In this document: piece after piece, positions 24,790 to 38,145 of the stretch
Layout: every line of letters starts with the position of its first letter
How positions within the stretch are numbered: the first letter of the stretch is position 1
NCBI GenBank assembly: GCA_050575255.1
Contig: JBNZDD010013732.1
Coordinates: 14,563,682-14,627,681 of the forward strand
DNA from: Harriotta raleighana
Lineage: Eukaryota
Direction: 5' to 3'
DNA length: 64,000 nucleotides
The notes under the pieces: model-generated
Seen by the model: the letters and a program-made list of their open reading frames with translations, nothing else
Databases searched by the model: none
What the model was told of the DNA's origin: nothing
Translations under genes and position numbers: made by a program

Positions 24790-25018
24790 CATGAAATTCC
24801 ATCTAGATTTACTCTTGTCTTTTGTAGCATTTTGGAACGTCCAGAATTTGGCGAATTCTCAAGTAATGCTTTAATTTTCTGTTGGTTGTTTTTCTTCTGC
24901 TAGTTCTTTTAACAACTTTAAAAGCACCCTTGAAAGTTAAGACTTGATTCAACAATTTGTCAACTTCTGAACTGCTACATAATTGGAGTAAATGTAGACC
25001 CTGGAGGATTTTATCACC
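24790..25018. mobile_element. Old palindromic MITE-like element with long imperfect inverted arms
   Basis: Left arm gaaattccatctagatttactct...ccagaatttggcgaatt...ctttaa; right arm ttaagacttgattcaacaatttgtcaacttctgaa...gagtaaatgtagaccctggaggattttatcacc is its approximate reverse complement. Related arms occur at ~4022, 26654, 46321, 50080 and 51169. Confidence 0.6.
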
Positions 25019-26028
25019 AATCCTGGAAGAACATGGATTGTAAATGATGAGATGGTGTATAAATCTAAAATATTGGACTCCTAATGGAATTCCATAGTAA
25101 GAAGGCAGAGTCATATAAATAGGATCTTCTTCCAGTCATTGGAAGTGTGTCATGCTGAGCTTGGGAATTCTGCTTTGACATGGTTGACCTATAGTGACAT
25201 TTCTGCAGCAAGTTGGGAGCAAACCCATTAGAATACCTGCATTTTGGATACCGAGATCTGATCACTTCTCTTCCCCCACCCCCCCTCACAACACCTCCTC
25301 GTCCTTTGATCGGGTTCTGACTCTGACACTGTGCAGTGCTCTGAGGCATTATCCTACATGAAGGGCAGTATATCAATGCAAATTGTTGCTGTTATAAATA
25401 CTGAAGGCGCACCACTGCAGTTTTGCATTAAACTCTCTGTTTAACAAAGTGGCTGTTATTAAAGATGATGTCACTTTTTAATGTCCATAAAATGCTACAG
25501 ATTTGGCAAGTTCGATATGTTTTCTTTCTTGGTGTTGTATACTGTATATTGTGATAGTACTGTACTTTCAATTAGCAGTTGAAATTAGCGCCTGGTGTTT
25601 AAAAGGAGGCATTTAAAAATAAAAGCAGAAAGTCAAATCTGCATACAGAATATTTGCTCCTTGAAATTGCTTTAGGTGACTTGAATGAATCTGCATTTCT
25701 ACCCAAATTAATTGTGTGTAGTTTGTAAATGCAAAAGGAACTCGGATCAAAGTAAGACATTCGATAGGTTTAGCTCTGAGGCCATTCTATTATTTTTTCT
25801 GTTGTATATTTTTAATTATGCAGAATGAAAATTAGTCCTGGGAACATATAATGTAATTAAACAGTCACAGATGGCTGAATGGTTATTATTCTAACAGTGA
25901 CATTATCTAATGGGAATTGGCTGTTATTGTAACAACAGTGTAGAGTTTAGCCTCATAGCTGTGTGCCTACATAAATACTTATTGTGCTAAAGTTAGACAA
26001 AAGGCTTTAAAAAAAGGCAGGGCAAAGC

Positions 26029-26250
26029 GTTTATCTAGCCGTAAGTAGGAACCCAGTTTTTTCAATTAGTGGATTGCTTTTCCAGAATTAATTTAAAAAA
26101 CAAGAAAAATAATAATTTGATCACTCATTCAATTCACAACTGTTGGTGGGACACAGCTGTGCACAATTGCCTGCCCCATTTCTCCCTCAAAATATAGTTG
26201 ATTTGCATTGCAGTACAGTATAAGGTATATCAAATGCAAGGATTATTATT
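26029..26250 (+). mobile_element. SINE family 1 variant, 5'-truncated
   Basis: gtttatctagccgtaagtaggaacccagtt module (shared with ~52820), Deu core, tail tatcaaatgcaaggattattatt. Confidence 0.6.
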
Positions 26251-26701
26251 TTTAAAAGGAAAGCATACCCATGGACAACAGTCGTGTGAGAATTGTTAGT
26301 TCTTTCTAAATCTTTATCCAGGAATTTATCTGATGTTTTCCCAGACATAGTTAAAATCATAGGAACCTGACCACTGAGGAACTCATGTAGATATATACAG
26401 TTCTGTACGTAGAAAAGAAAGAGTGAGAAATGGCCTGATGGAATATCCACTACAAGAATAATTCTCCTATTTTACCGTCCACCCACCACTGTAACTACAT
26501 TGCATTTCCCTAAATCGGCATTGACTATTCATATGTCTGATGTGGAAGTGAACTTAAGGGTTGGATGTCAGAAATAAAATCTAATTGCGCACATGTGAGC
26601 AAGGTTACAAGGCAATTAACCACACAAAGCTCTCAGGCTAAAATGCATTCTTGGAAAGAAATTCCACCTAGGTCTAAATTTATTTACTCTATTTACATGT
26701 A

Positions 26702-27416
26702 AATACTCCTTTTTCTTCTTCTTCCTTCCCTCCCTCCCTTATCCCCCTTCCCTCCCTCTTCCCTCTTACCCTCCTCTTCCCTCTTATCCCCATTTCTCCC
26801 AGATATTGCCTCTCTCTTCCCTCTTACCCCCCTCTTCCCTCTTACTCTCCTCTTCCTCTTATCCCCTTTCTCCCCATTTCTCCATGATTTTACCCCCCCA
26901 CCTACCTTTCCCTCCCTCTTCTCACTTGCTCCTCTTTCTCTCCCCTTTTCCTCCCTGATTTCCTCCTTGCCCCCCTTTCTCCCCCGTTTTCCTCCCTGAT
27001 TTTAACCCTCCTGCCTTTCCCTCCATCTCCCCCCTTACCCTCTTTTCCCCCTTTCTCCCCCAACCCCACTTCCACAACTGTTTGTGGGACACTGCCGTGC
27101 GCAATTTAGCTGCCGCATTTCGCCTACAAATATACAATCAGTTTTTCCTGTTCTTCTTCCCCTACTCCGACCCCTCCCCTTGCCATCTTTCCCCCCTTTC
27201 TCCCCTAACCACACTTCCATGACTGTTTGTGGGACCCTGCTGTACGCAATTTAGCTGCCACGTTTTCGCCCACAAACATACAGTCAAGTTTTCCTATTTT
27301 CCTTCCCCCGACCCGTCCCCCCTCTGCTCTGAACCCTACTTGTCTGTACAGTGCATTGGGACGTCCTCCCGATGTGAAAGGCCCTATATAAATGTAATTT
27401 TAATTTTGATTGATTG
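26702..27416 (+). mobile_element. Composite non-autonomous retroelement, copy 2
   Basis: ~360 nt C/T tract, two Deu modules, L2 terminus gggacgtcctcccgatgtgaaaggccctatataaatgtaatttt, (TTGA)n tail; splits a palindromic-MITE arm; possible TSD atgta (26697-26701 / 27417-27421). Confidence 0.8.
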
Positions 27417-27479
27417 ATGTATGTCAGAGCATCCAGAATTTAGCAAATTCTTAATTATAGCCTGAGTATTTTCCATTAC

Positions 27480-27815
27480 TCTACTACCTATATGTCTTTC
27501 TGCCTCCCTTTTAAACAACCCTATTGATTTCACTTTCACAGCTTTCTGGCAAAGAGCATTCCACATCATTACAACCCTCTGTGGGAAGAAATGCTTCCTG
27601 CCCTCGGTTCGAAGTATCTTGGCTTCGATTTTAAGGCTCTGTCACTTTCTACCATGAAACCTATTAATTTATTCCATCATTTTAAATACCTCAATCAAAT
27701 CTTAACATCCCCAGCTCGAAGGAATATAATCCCAGGCTGCCAAGCCTCTCATCATAGCCATGCCCCTTCAGTGCAGATATTAGTCGAGTGAACCATCGCT
27801 GGACACTTTCCAGTC
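27480..27815 (-). mobile_element. Old CR1 fragment
   Basis: Minus-strand RVVMMWNAL.QKAV...FKREAE; ggcaaagagcattccacatcattacaaccctctgtgggaagaa. Confidence 0.7.
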
Positions 27816-29058
27816 TAATTGAACCCTATATCCTGCTGAACCACTGCTAGCAGTGACACATTTTGGCTCACTTTCTGTAGTTGTCGATGGCTTTCTGGAT
27901 TTAATTACATTTCCTCATTCCACACAGCTTTTAGCTAGAATTCTGAAGAACAATAATAAATACGATTATAGTCCAATGTGAAATGCTTTACGAGTAATAG
28001 CTTGTCCTTCCCTACAGGAAAAAAAAAGCTCCTTTCTTTATTCCCTGTCAATGACAACAGGGACAAAATAAATTATTGTCTTGAAGTGCCTTGTTTGAAG
28101 CATGCAGGGGTCCAATCTTGACTGGATTGGCAACATGTGTTTGGTTGACCTGCAGAAAATAAGTTCAAAGAATGCAAGCTTAGAGTAAATGTGATTACAA
28201 GGGTAGGAAGCAAAGTAGCTGATCACCTGAAGCATGTTCCTCAGTATTAGTATTAGCTTCCACCCGACTGAATCCATACATAAGGCAAAACCTCTGGATC
28301 AATTATGCCCAAATAAGGGATGTGAGTAATTGCACATCCCTTGTTATGGTTGCTAAGTATGTCTGTATTATTTTGTAATGACGTGACCCTAAGGGAGCCT
28401 CTGTTATTATCTGGTGATGCTGATAATCCATTTAATGAATCCTTTGCTCAGCTCCCTGTATGTTCCATAGGAATAAGTTAGCCCATCATTGTGGCAGAGT
28501 CCCTCCCTTGGTAGCAGATGTGCCCAGAGAAATCCCATTATGTTCAGTCACAGAGGCACTCTTGACAATGTAGTAGGATCCACCTTGTCAAATCAACAGG
28601 ATGAAAGTGATATGGTGGTGTACAATTGTTCTCTGATGCATTTACTCAGCTGATCATAACAGGAGTCACAAGTGGCTCAAACTAATTGTATTATTTTGTG
28701 ACTTTTGTTGCTATTTGATAAATAGCTTTGGCCTTGGACCCTCAAAATGGTGTAATTGTATTCGGAATGGCAGTGTGAGAGAACTTGTGACTCATGTGAA
28801 GGGATCACATTTCTTGAAAAGTTTATCCAATAATTTGCACAGCCTTTCATTCTTCTAACAACTCTTATGCTTTCTACATTTGAGTGAGGTCAGATTGTGC
28901 ATTTGTTTCTTTTTGAACTCATCTTGTGCTAAGATGTGGGATCTTTGTGTAACCTGTGCTACACAGACTTGTGGAATTGAAGCATGTTCCAATTGCCTAG
29001 CAATTCCTGTTTTGGTTCCAGAAAATGAATGGATAATCTATTTGAAATTATACGAGTA

Positions 29059-29840
29059 ACAACAAAAACAACAACAACATGGCCACTATGCTGAATGGTG
29101 TCTTAGAGTTCTTCCCAATAACGGATCCCAGGGCCGAGCCAGAGGGAGGGGAAAGAAGGTGACCAACATCAAAGTTGAAAAGAAAGGTCTTTAGCCGAGA
29201 CTTGAAGGTAGGAAGAGAGGGGGTGAGACAAAGGGAGTGAGGAAGGGAGTGCCAGAGCCTTGGTGCATAGTGGCTGAAGGCATAGCCCCCCACTAGTGGA
29301 GCAGAGGATTCGGGAGACAAGGAGGAGGCCAAACCGGTGGAGCAAAGGCAACGGGTACTGTTGTGAGGTGAAAGGAGGTCAGAGAGGTAGGTGGATGCAG
29401 AGGAGTGGAGAGATTTAAATACAAGATTGAGAATCTTGAAATCGATCCTCTCTAGGACAGGGAGCCAGTGCAATCTGGCAAGGACTGGGGTAATCAGGGA
29501 GCGGAGTTTGGTATTGGTGAGAATGCAGGCGGCAGAGTTCTGTATGACTTGCATACTCAAAGATTTAGAGGCAGGTCAGGTAGGTGCAGAAGGTGAAAGC
29601 ATGTGATTAAAATCGTTGATGAGAGCCAAAGAATATGGCTTCTGTCTTGTCAACATTTAGCTGAAGGAAATTTGTGCTCAACCAGCCCATTGATGTCTGA
29701 CAGGCAGGCAGGTTTGACAGAACATCAGGGGACTGGGGGTCGCAAAGTGAGGTGGGAAAATAGAGTTGGGTGTCATCCACATATATGATGACATGTATGA
29801 CATGTCCAGGAGGATAAGGAGGCAGAAAGAGCCCTGGACA
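29059..29840 (-). mobile_element. L2 family B fragment with internal deletions
   Basis: ORF 29048..29560 QVIQNSAACILTNTKLRSLITPVLARLHWLPVLERIDFKIL; (CAA)n tail. Confidence 0.9.
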
Positions 29841-30174
29841 TAGATATAGAGGATGTAATACTTCAGAGCATAAGTCAAATCAATGTGAAGGACATCTAAA
29901 GACATTTATTCTTAAAGTGAAGTCACAAAGCAGAGGTAGACCTTGAATATAGGATATACAGATTTCTGAGATTATTTACAAAGTTTTAAAGTACTGTATT
30001 ATAGAAAAATACCTCACACTCAGAAGTGTGAATCATTGAGCTGAGTAGCATGAGGCTATCTAGAATAAGCAGTGTGCTCAACATTTCCTTTTGATAGCCC
30101 TATTTATCTAGCTTTATGTTTGTATAGCACTGAAATTACTCTACAAACCAAGTATAAATCAGTTTGATTTTTGT

Positions 30175-30583
30175 TAGCACTCTCACCTCTGAGTCAGAGG
30201 TAGTGTTCAACACTGTGTTTCAATTCACAGTTGAGGCTGACACTCCAACCCTGTGCTGTGGAAATGCATTGGCAGAGCTGCTGTCCTTTAGAGGAGACTT
30301 TGAACCAAGGTCAAGTCTAACTACTGTATTCAGATGGACATTAAGGATCCCATGGCAATACTATCCTCACAAAGAGAAGGAAATTTCTGCTGGTGTCTTG
30401 GCCAACAAAGCCCAGATAAAAATTGATGGTTCACTTCAAGGCTGTTTGTGGGATATTTCTGTGTGCCAATTGGCTTCCTTGGTTGCTTACAAACACAGTC
30501 GCCTCACCTTACAGTGGATGCTGTGAAGCATATTGAGACATGTCAACATGATACGATACTTTACCAAATACAAGAATTATTAT
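30175..30583 (+). mobile_element. Old near-full-length SacSINE1-like Deu SINE (family 2)
   Basis: tagcactctcacctctgagtcagagg head, ggctgacactcca, cagatggacattaaggatcccatggca, ggtgtcttggccaa, ctgtttgtggga..aattggct, L2-type tail. Confidence 0.8.
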
Positions 30584-30596
30584 AGAATTGCTAGCT

Positions 30597-31100
30597 AACA
30601 ACAACAGCAAAATGACATTTGTATAACGCATTTCACGTCGGGAGGATGTCCCAAGGCAGTCAATGTTTCAGACCTGAGCTGGGGTCGGGATCGGGCAGGA
30701 AAAGGAGGGTATTTGGGTTGATGACCGTGTTGAGACTAACAAAAAGGAAGGTCTTGAGGCAGGACTTGAAGAAGGCTAGGGAGGGAGCGAAGCGGAGGGA
30801 CTGCGTTGATTGAATTTCAGAGTTAGAGGCAGAGTGGCTAAAGGCTCGCCCGCCGATGGTGGGTCGGGTGGCTCGGGGCACATGGAGCATGCCGGAGCCC
30901 GCTTACTGGAGGGAGCAGGCAGATTGGTAGGGGGTTAGAATGTTGCAAAGGTAAGGTGGTGTGAGGCCATGAAGGACCTGGTCCTTATGAATGTAAGTAC
31001 CAGGATCATGAATTTAATTCTCTGGATGATGTGGAGCCAATGGAGTCAGGCTAGAATGGGTGAGATGGGGTCGCTGATTTTGGAGCGGTAGAGGACAGCT
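30597..31100 (-). mobile_element. L2 family A 3' fragment
   Basis: Reverse tail caacagcaaaatgacatttgtataacgcatttcacgtcgggaggatgtcccaagg; ORF HVPRATRPTIGGRAFSHSA...FKSCLKTFLF. Confidence 0.85.
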
Positions 31101-32316
31101 AAAGACATAAAAGGGATAGTACCTGTGTCACAAAGCCTCATGATATGCCTCAAGGTAAGCACACTAAATTAACTACTTGGAGAACTGACAGAGAGAGAGA
31201 GAGTGAAAACAACTTAAACAGAAATACTGTACTAATTTCAGCACTTTTCTGATGGTTAGTTTCAATTTATGCAATAGTTGCAAATTTCTATTTCAAAGTA
31301 CTTTTATCATATTATACTTCAATCAATTACTGAATCTCTTATTTGACAAGTTTCAAATAAAATATTTGAAACACATTACACATTATCTTAAGTAGCAAGT
31401 GCTTTGCCATTTAATAGCTGTGTTTTCACATCCCTAAGCTCATCAGCATGAAATTGAATGTAATGGATTGACTGCAATCGAGCAACTCAATTTTACATCC
31501 CCTCCCTTCTCCGCATTAGTATTTTGCTAGCGATGGTCATGTACTTTGCCATGTCATTTCCTCACCTTACTTTCTGAACCTCACACTCAATCAACATTCT
31601 GTATTAATTGTTCTGATAAACTGCAGTGAGAGCAGATCAGTCAAAGTGACATTGAATGAATGTTATGATAATGTAGCTTGTGGCATGCCTAATTTCCCAA
31701 TGCGGTTACAGCGTGTGCTGGCTGACATTTAGCGAAAAGCAGGAGCAAAAGCAAAGTTAAATAAAAAGGAAAGCAACAGCTATCTTTAACATATCAGCGG
31801 CCACACTACGACAATAGTAAATATGAAGCAAAGTGCAATAAATAGCTGCAGTAGATTAATTACATTTTCCCAAACTAATAATAAGGCACTTATTGTAGAA
31901 CGCTGTCGGAGATGATGCTTTTCACATGGTATTACCTCAATATACCCAGTGAGAGAGAAAAAATACTGCAAGTGGAAGAAAAAAAACATTTTAATGCAAT
32001 AGTGCTTTTAGTTCTGGGATTAATTTGACCTGATGTACTCAATTTGTTTCTGCTTTGTATGCTAACAAGTGGCATAATTTTAATATTCAAATGAGTGTTT
32101 AATGCAGTTTCCAATTCACTTGGGCACCAAGGCAATCATTTCATGAGCGGCTTCAGTTACTTCACGAACCGTTTCTTTTAATGTTGTTTTTATTTAATCA
32201 TTCAAAATGTGCCTCTGTCAAAGATAATAAAATCACGGTGCCTTAGAACTTTGATAATGTTGCTTCCTTTAAGGAGAAGCCACTTCTATCACACAGTGGC
32301 AAAGCAGCTTTATATA

Positions 32317-32869
32317 CAGGTGTCCCCTGTTTAACGAAGGGGTTAGGGACTTTAAAACCCTTCGTTATGCGAAAATTCGAAAAGCAAGAGGTAGTTTTCC
32401 ATGGAAAAAATCAGTTTGGTTTCCAGCGCTAACATTTTCGGTGTACTGTACTAGCAAAGGCCTAAGGTAGATATAACTGCTAATGAAGGCTACACAACTT
32501 TAAATAAAAATATTGTGATAAAATATGAAAATGTTAGTTTTCTTTATTTAATGTGTTAAATGTATAAAACTTACCATTACCGAGTGAAAGTTCCCATACA
32601 GGGCAGATGAGGTGAGGAGTAGGGAGGAGGTCTCCACAGCCTGACGACTCTACAGGCTCTGGATAGTCAGCTAACGTACTTGGTACTGGTTCATTGGATG
32701 ATGTTGTTCATCTGAGAAACTGCCCGCGAGAAGCCCGCGAGATTTAAAGTGTGTTTAAACATTCGTTATAGCGATCGCAGCCTTCGTTAAGCAGAGAAGT
32801 GGTACAAATACAAATCTTTGTTATAGAGAAAATTTGTTGACCGAACATTCGTTAAGCGGGGTCTATCTG
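32317..32869. mobile_element. Tc1/mariner (Tigger/pogo-like) non-autonomous DNA transposon, 553 bp
   Basis: Imperfect TIRs caggtgtcccctgtttaacgaa / ttcgttaagcggggtctatctg, TA on both flanks, repeated subterminal ttcgtta motifs. Confidence 0.8.
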
Positions 32870-33294
32870 TATTACATTTTAGTCAGTCTTGAGTTTACCA
32901 CACCTCTAACCTCTAGAACTTCCTCCCTGTTCCACTCTGTGTCATCCATTCTCTTTAAATCTCACATTGAATTAAACTTCTGTAAAGACACCTTTGGACA
33001 CTCTGAGACATTGCCCTGCTTGAGCATATAATGTCAATGCAAGTTGTTGTGAATCCCCGCAATTTTGCTGCAGATTTGCCACCAAAGAGAGAAAGGTTAA
33101 TAGGGGTGCTATTGTATTTGAGCCCCACTCCCGATACCATCAGGAGGAAGGAATTTCAGGGACAGTTTGATTTTACCAAATGAATTATGTAGTTCACAAG
33201 GTGGTTCACTCTGCTAGCCTTTGAGTGATTTTTTGAATCTGGTAAATAGAGCTAAGAACACCTCAGAGAAAAAAGATATTTAGTCCAGCAAGCC

Positions 33295-33517
33295 TGATTG
33301 TTCTACACGCCGTCTACATACCACCTTGCCAAGGACTCTAGGATGTGGCCACACTTTCTGTCGCTACAAACCCAAAACCCCCAACTCTCTCCTCTATCCA
33401 TCCTTCCCCATCTTCAAGTCAGTCCTGAAGACCTTCCTCTTCGACCGTACCTACGATCTCCTCCCCCTCCTTGTGTGAAGGGCGAACATATATAAATATA
33501 TATAGATTGTTGTTGTT
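33295..33517 (+). mobile_element. L2 3' fragment
   Basis: cttcaagtcagtcctgaagaccttcctcttcgaccgtacc (FKS.LKTFLFDR) and a ttgttgttg tail. Confidence 0.6.
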
Positions 33518-36500
33518 ATCTATTTAACTCCTGAGGGCAAGTTCAATAATAAATGTTCCTGAACATCGAAAGATAATGAAGTGAATCAGTGGTTTATAAA
33601 CCTGATAAGTTTAACAATGACCAGAATTTTCCAGTAAATGATCAATAATCATCATCACTGCATGAATTACTCGTATGTCAAACAAAAGAACAGGAGAGTG
33701 AAATATTTTGAGCCATATATTGTGAGGGAAAATTGACATTGGAAAAGGAAAAATCAAGGTATTATACAGTGATTGATAAGTACTTTGAAAGATTTCTGTC
33801 AGTATCAGTTTCCCTCTACTCATCCTGCATCACTTTGGCTGCAATAACTTGGCCTAAGAAATTTTATTTTCAGAATGTTAGAAATGTACAATCAAATAAC
33901 AACATCCAGTGCACTTGTTATCTTAAATCACATGCCTGAGCAATTTGAGACTGATCCTGACAAGTATAGAAAGCTTAGTTTCAAATGGATTAGTGTGAAA
34001 AACATTTTCTGTCCCCTACATGTTGTGTGACTGGAAAGTCCTTTACTAAAGCCTCTGTGAAAGCAAGATATACAATGTAATGATCTTCAACTATAAGTCA
34101 TCTAAGGTGCCGCATAGTATCTTCCCTTAATCCATTGTGACAGAATATTTCATGGTGATATTATTTGTACTTCAAATTGGTTATTTTAGGAAATGGGACA
34201 AAATCACATAAAGATGGTGCGTAAACACTCAGATTAAGAGAGGTTTACAGTGTATTGCTGATTCATAATATACCGTTGCAATATGAATTGAGTAGGTTTA
34301 GCAAAGTTGCTTTGCTAAGAAATGCCATAACATAAATCCGGATTAGGTTTGCATCAGAACTTCTACACAGGTTGCTAACTGATCTCTCCAAAAACTGTTT
34401 ATCATCATCTGCTCAGATGTTCAATATGATTAAAACATCATTTACAAACATATTGTACCAAACTGGAGATTAAATGTCTGGTTGGACGCTGGCAGCATAT
34501 ATGCATTAGGGGACAATAACTAGAGTTCACTGTATGATATTTGACTAAGTCTTTGGGTTTACATGTTCTGCTTGGATTGGAAATTCTGTACAGTAGGAAT
34601 TAAATCAGATTTTTTTTACCCTTTGCAGATCAATGTTTATGTAAGAGTAAATTACCATGACTCGTGAGTGATCCGTTCCTTTTGGATTCATTTCAAAGTA
34701 CGAATACTGAATCTGTGCAATAATGTTCAACAACACGTTTAGTCTGAATTGATAGTTGCATCTCCGTCCCGAGATGCCACTGTTTTCTCCAGGACCGAAC
34801 CATTGTGAAAGCTGTCTTTTAGTCACTCACAAACCAGAGTTGAGTGTTTGAAAGCTGTGAAATTCAACTGATCTCCGTGACTAGCCTTTGTGAACCTAGA
34901 GCAGTAAGAACAAGTTGAACCCAGCTTTCTTTCTGAACTTCTTTTCTGTCTATTCTACTGTCATTTATATCCTCCCGACGTGAAAGGCGCTTTATAAATG
35001 TAATTTTGTTGTTTTGGTTGTCAGCCATATGAATCCTTCAGTAATGCCAACCAGCTCCAACCAGCTACTTCTCCTCAGCATTATCAAATACAATATAGTA
35101 AGACGGGGAAGATAGAGGTTTATTTTTATGTGAGTGTCTGCTTTTTAAGATGCAGAGGAATCTTATTTGGTGGACTGAGATCTGAATTTCCTCTCCATAA
35201 GGCACTTTTACATATGCCCAGTATGTGTTCATCTAAAGTCACCTATTTTTTTCTGCTTATTATCTCTGTTACTGTGATGATTTGCTCACATCTTCCTGAT
35301 GCAGACAGCAGTAAAGTGTTAGTAACCTGCACTTTTCTTTTGCTGGGCAAGTCTGTCATTAAATGCAGTTTGCTCAAATTCTTGTATTAATTGTTCAAGC
35401 CTCCATTCTGTGCAAGGTCCAGAAGACAATTATCTTCTCACCATAACTGTGTCTTACATTCCCAATACATTTGCTTTACTACTAAGGCAGATTTAATACA
35501 AATGGCATTTAAATTCAATCACCAAGACAAATGTTAATTAGGCTCTTGTTTCATGGTAGAGTTTTTCATAATACTGTACAATGGCTTGAACAAAACAAAA
35601 CCGACTCCTTTCTTCTCCCATTGCAATGAGGAGTTAAATTATAATTTATATTCAATGGTTTGGATTTATTGGCATTGTTTCCTCAGAAGTTCTATTTTAG
35701 GCATGCAGAATCCTGGTAGCAGCTCATTGCTATTGTACTGAGTGTGAGTGACACTGATTTCCTCTCCCCAGACAGTATCCTGCAGCAATTAATATTATTC
35801 ACATTAGTATTTTGGGCCAAAGTTGGTGAAACTGCATAGAAGGTTCTGATGTACTGATCGGAGATTGCAGTGTAAAATGTGCAGAGTATTTATGAATGAC
35901 ACGGGACCATTCTCAGATTTGCTTCAACAGTACATCAACTTTTCTGTGCTGCAGCATTTTATTAACTGTTCTAATAAAAAAAACAATACAGTACTTGCAT
36001 TTGATGTCGCACCTTTCACGTAGGGAGGATGTCTCAAAGATACACTATGAAGGATACAGTATAAGATTTAATGTAAAGTGCAGTGAGTGTATTTTGTAGG
36101 TGAACAATGAAAACAGATTTCTTTTTTTTACCACACTTTTTCGTTGATGGATGTATGAGAATTTTTTCAATGAAATCAAAGGGAATGATGGGGGAGTGGG
36201 TTGGATTTTGTTCTTTTTTTCTGTGCATCTCAGCAGTCCTGTGATCTACAAAGTACGGTTCCATTTGGTGAAGAGCACATTCACGCCAGCGCATTAATAT
36301 TCATGCACTAATTTAAATACTTTAAAATTTAACATGCTGTGATCTCAAATTAATATCAGTCTGTTAGGGAGGAAATGGAAACACATAATATTGAATTTAA
36401 GAGGCATTTCTGGATTCCATTCATGGATCAAATTGGCAACGGAATGGCTCAGTGTGGAAGTGAGCCCCGAAAACCACAACATTCCTCGTCTCTGACTGGC

Positions 36501-37042
36501 TATGACTGGGTTGGCTGGAAGGTACCAATTGATCTCTGTGGTTCCTGGACTTGAGAGGGAACATTTGTCAAAATTCCCTTCGCATTTCAGATTGCAAGCG
36601 CCGCATACTAGACAGAGTGCATGCGCAGGAATATTGCACAAGGCTCAGATTCAAGCTCACTTATAATGCTCTGCACGATCACATGCCCAACCAACACATT
36701 GTATCTAGACTTGAGCAGGATACCAGGGGGCAGTTGATACATGTGGAGCTGCCCTACAGCCTGAGTCAGAATCAGTGCCATGAGAAGAGAAGAATCAATA
36801 ATCGGAAATAAGCGGTCAAAATGATGTAATTGTTGTGAAATTTTAACATTATCAAATACATTTTGATATTTTCAACAACAAATTGCACTTATATAGATCT
36901 CAGAGCGCTTCAACAGCCCGCCATAGTTAATAGGAGTCTCACCTCTTAAATCAAAAGGTTGTGGATTCAAACCCCACCTATGTTCCTTCATAAGTGGAAA
37001 AATAGGCATCTTGAACGTTTAAGGTTAAAGCCTAACTCTTAA

Positions 37043-37330
37043 ATAAATAATAAAGATTGCATTCAATAGAGCACCTTTCAGGTTTAGAGGACGTCTCAAA
37101 GTGCTTCAGAGAAATTTCTGTGATGTGCAGATTACTGTGTATTTTGTAGGTGAATGCAAAAGAAAATATGTGCGCAGCACAGCAATGTCTCACAAACATC
37201 CATGAAGTGAATGATTAATTTTGTCTGACAAGAATACAGGGAGAATCTCTTTTTGAATAGTGCTAACGGATCTTTAACATTTACCTGATAAAGCAGACAG
37301 GACCTTGGTTTAACGTGTCATCCAAAGGAC
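37043..37330 (-). mobile_element. Deu SINE (family 2) 3' fragment
   Basis: Reverse tail gcacctttcaggtttagaggacgtctcaaagtgcttc; ttgaatagtgc..ggatctttaacatttacctga...cttggtttaacgtgtcatccaaaggac. Confidence 0.75.
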
Positions 37331-37754
37331 AAATGAAAAGGACAAATTCAATGCCTTAGGCACCACATTCATTTACTCAGTCACTCCGTAGAGATACGCT
37401 ACACAAACAATGTACACCCACTAATGGAGGTGGAATATAGCTCCCACAGTGTTACCTCTACACCACAATTTATCCTTGATAAACAGAAATCTTTGGGAAA
37501 AAATCTAAACACTAAACAAGCTCACAGATCTCTCAGACGTTATACCTATTTCCTACTGAATCATCTTTGCAGAGGGAGCCATGGCTCGGAGTTGAGCAGG
37601 AAACATTAGAAAGGAGGATCTACCTGCAAATGACAGTGATTACACTCACAGATGGATACCCTGAATATTTACAACAGTATTTAATGTTTCATTGTTTAAT
37701 ACTGCCATTTCCCTGAAATTGGATTGAGCAATAAAAACCAGTGGACAGCTTCAA

Positions 37755-38145
37755 CAGCCTGCTCAGTTAATAGCACTCTTGCCTCTTTAGTCAAAAGGTG
37801 TATGTTCCCCACGTCGGGACTTTGAGCTAATAGTCTCAGCTGATGTCAGTACTGCTGTCCTTCAGATTAAATATTCAACCTAGTCTGTCTATACAGGTGG
37901 ACGTGAAAGATCCCATGGCACTATTCAAAACAAGAAGGGAGTTTCTCCCCATGTCCTGGTCATTAATGCCCCAAATGGGCAATTCATTTAATGAGTGTTT
38001 GGGGCACTGTTGTGTCCAAGTTAGCTGTAAAAACAAATGCTGTTAGTACAATTTACAGAAAAAAAACTGTAATGCCCTTTGAGATTTTTCTATTTAATAA
38101 GGTGGCATTATTAAATGCAAGGATTATTATATTATTTATTATTAT
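37755..38145 (+). mobile_element. SacSINE1-like Deu SINE (family 2), near full length
   Basis: gctcagttaatagcactcttgcctct head; caggtggacgtgaaagatcccatggcactattc; tail aaatgcaaggattattat. Confidence 0.8.

Noticed and set aside
36345-36811. Coding exon in a moderately GC-rich unique stretch
   Set aside because: No recognisable protein motif in the frames inspected and no convincing splice-site pair.
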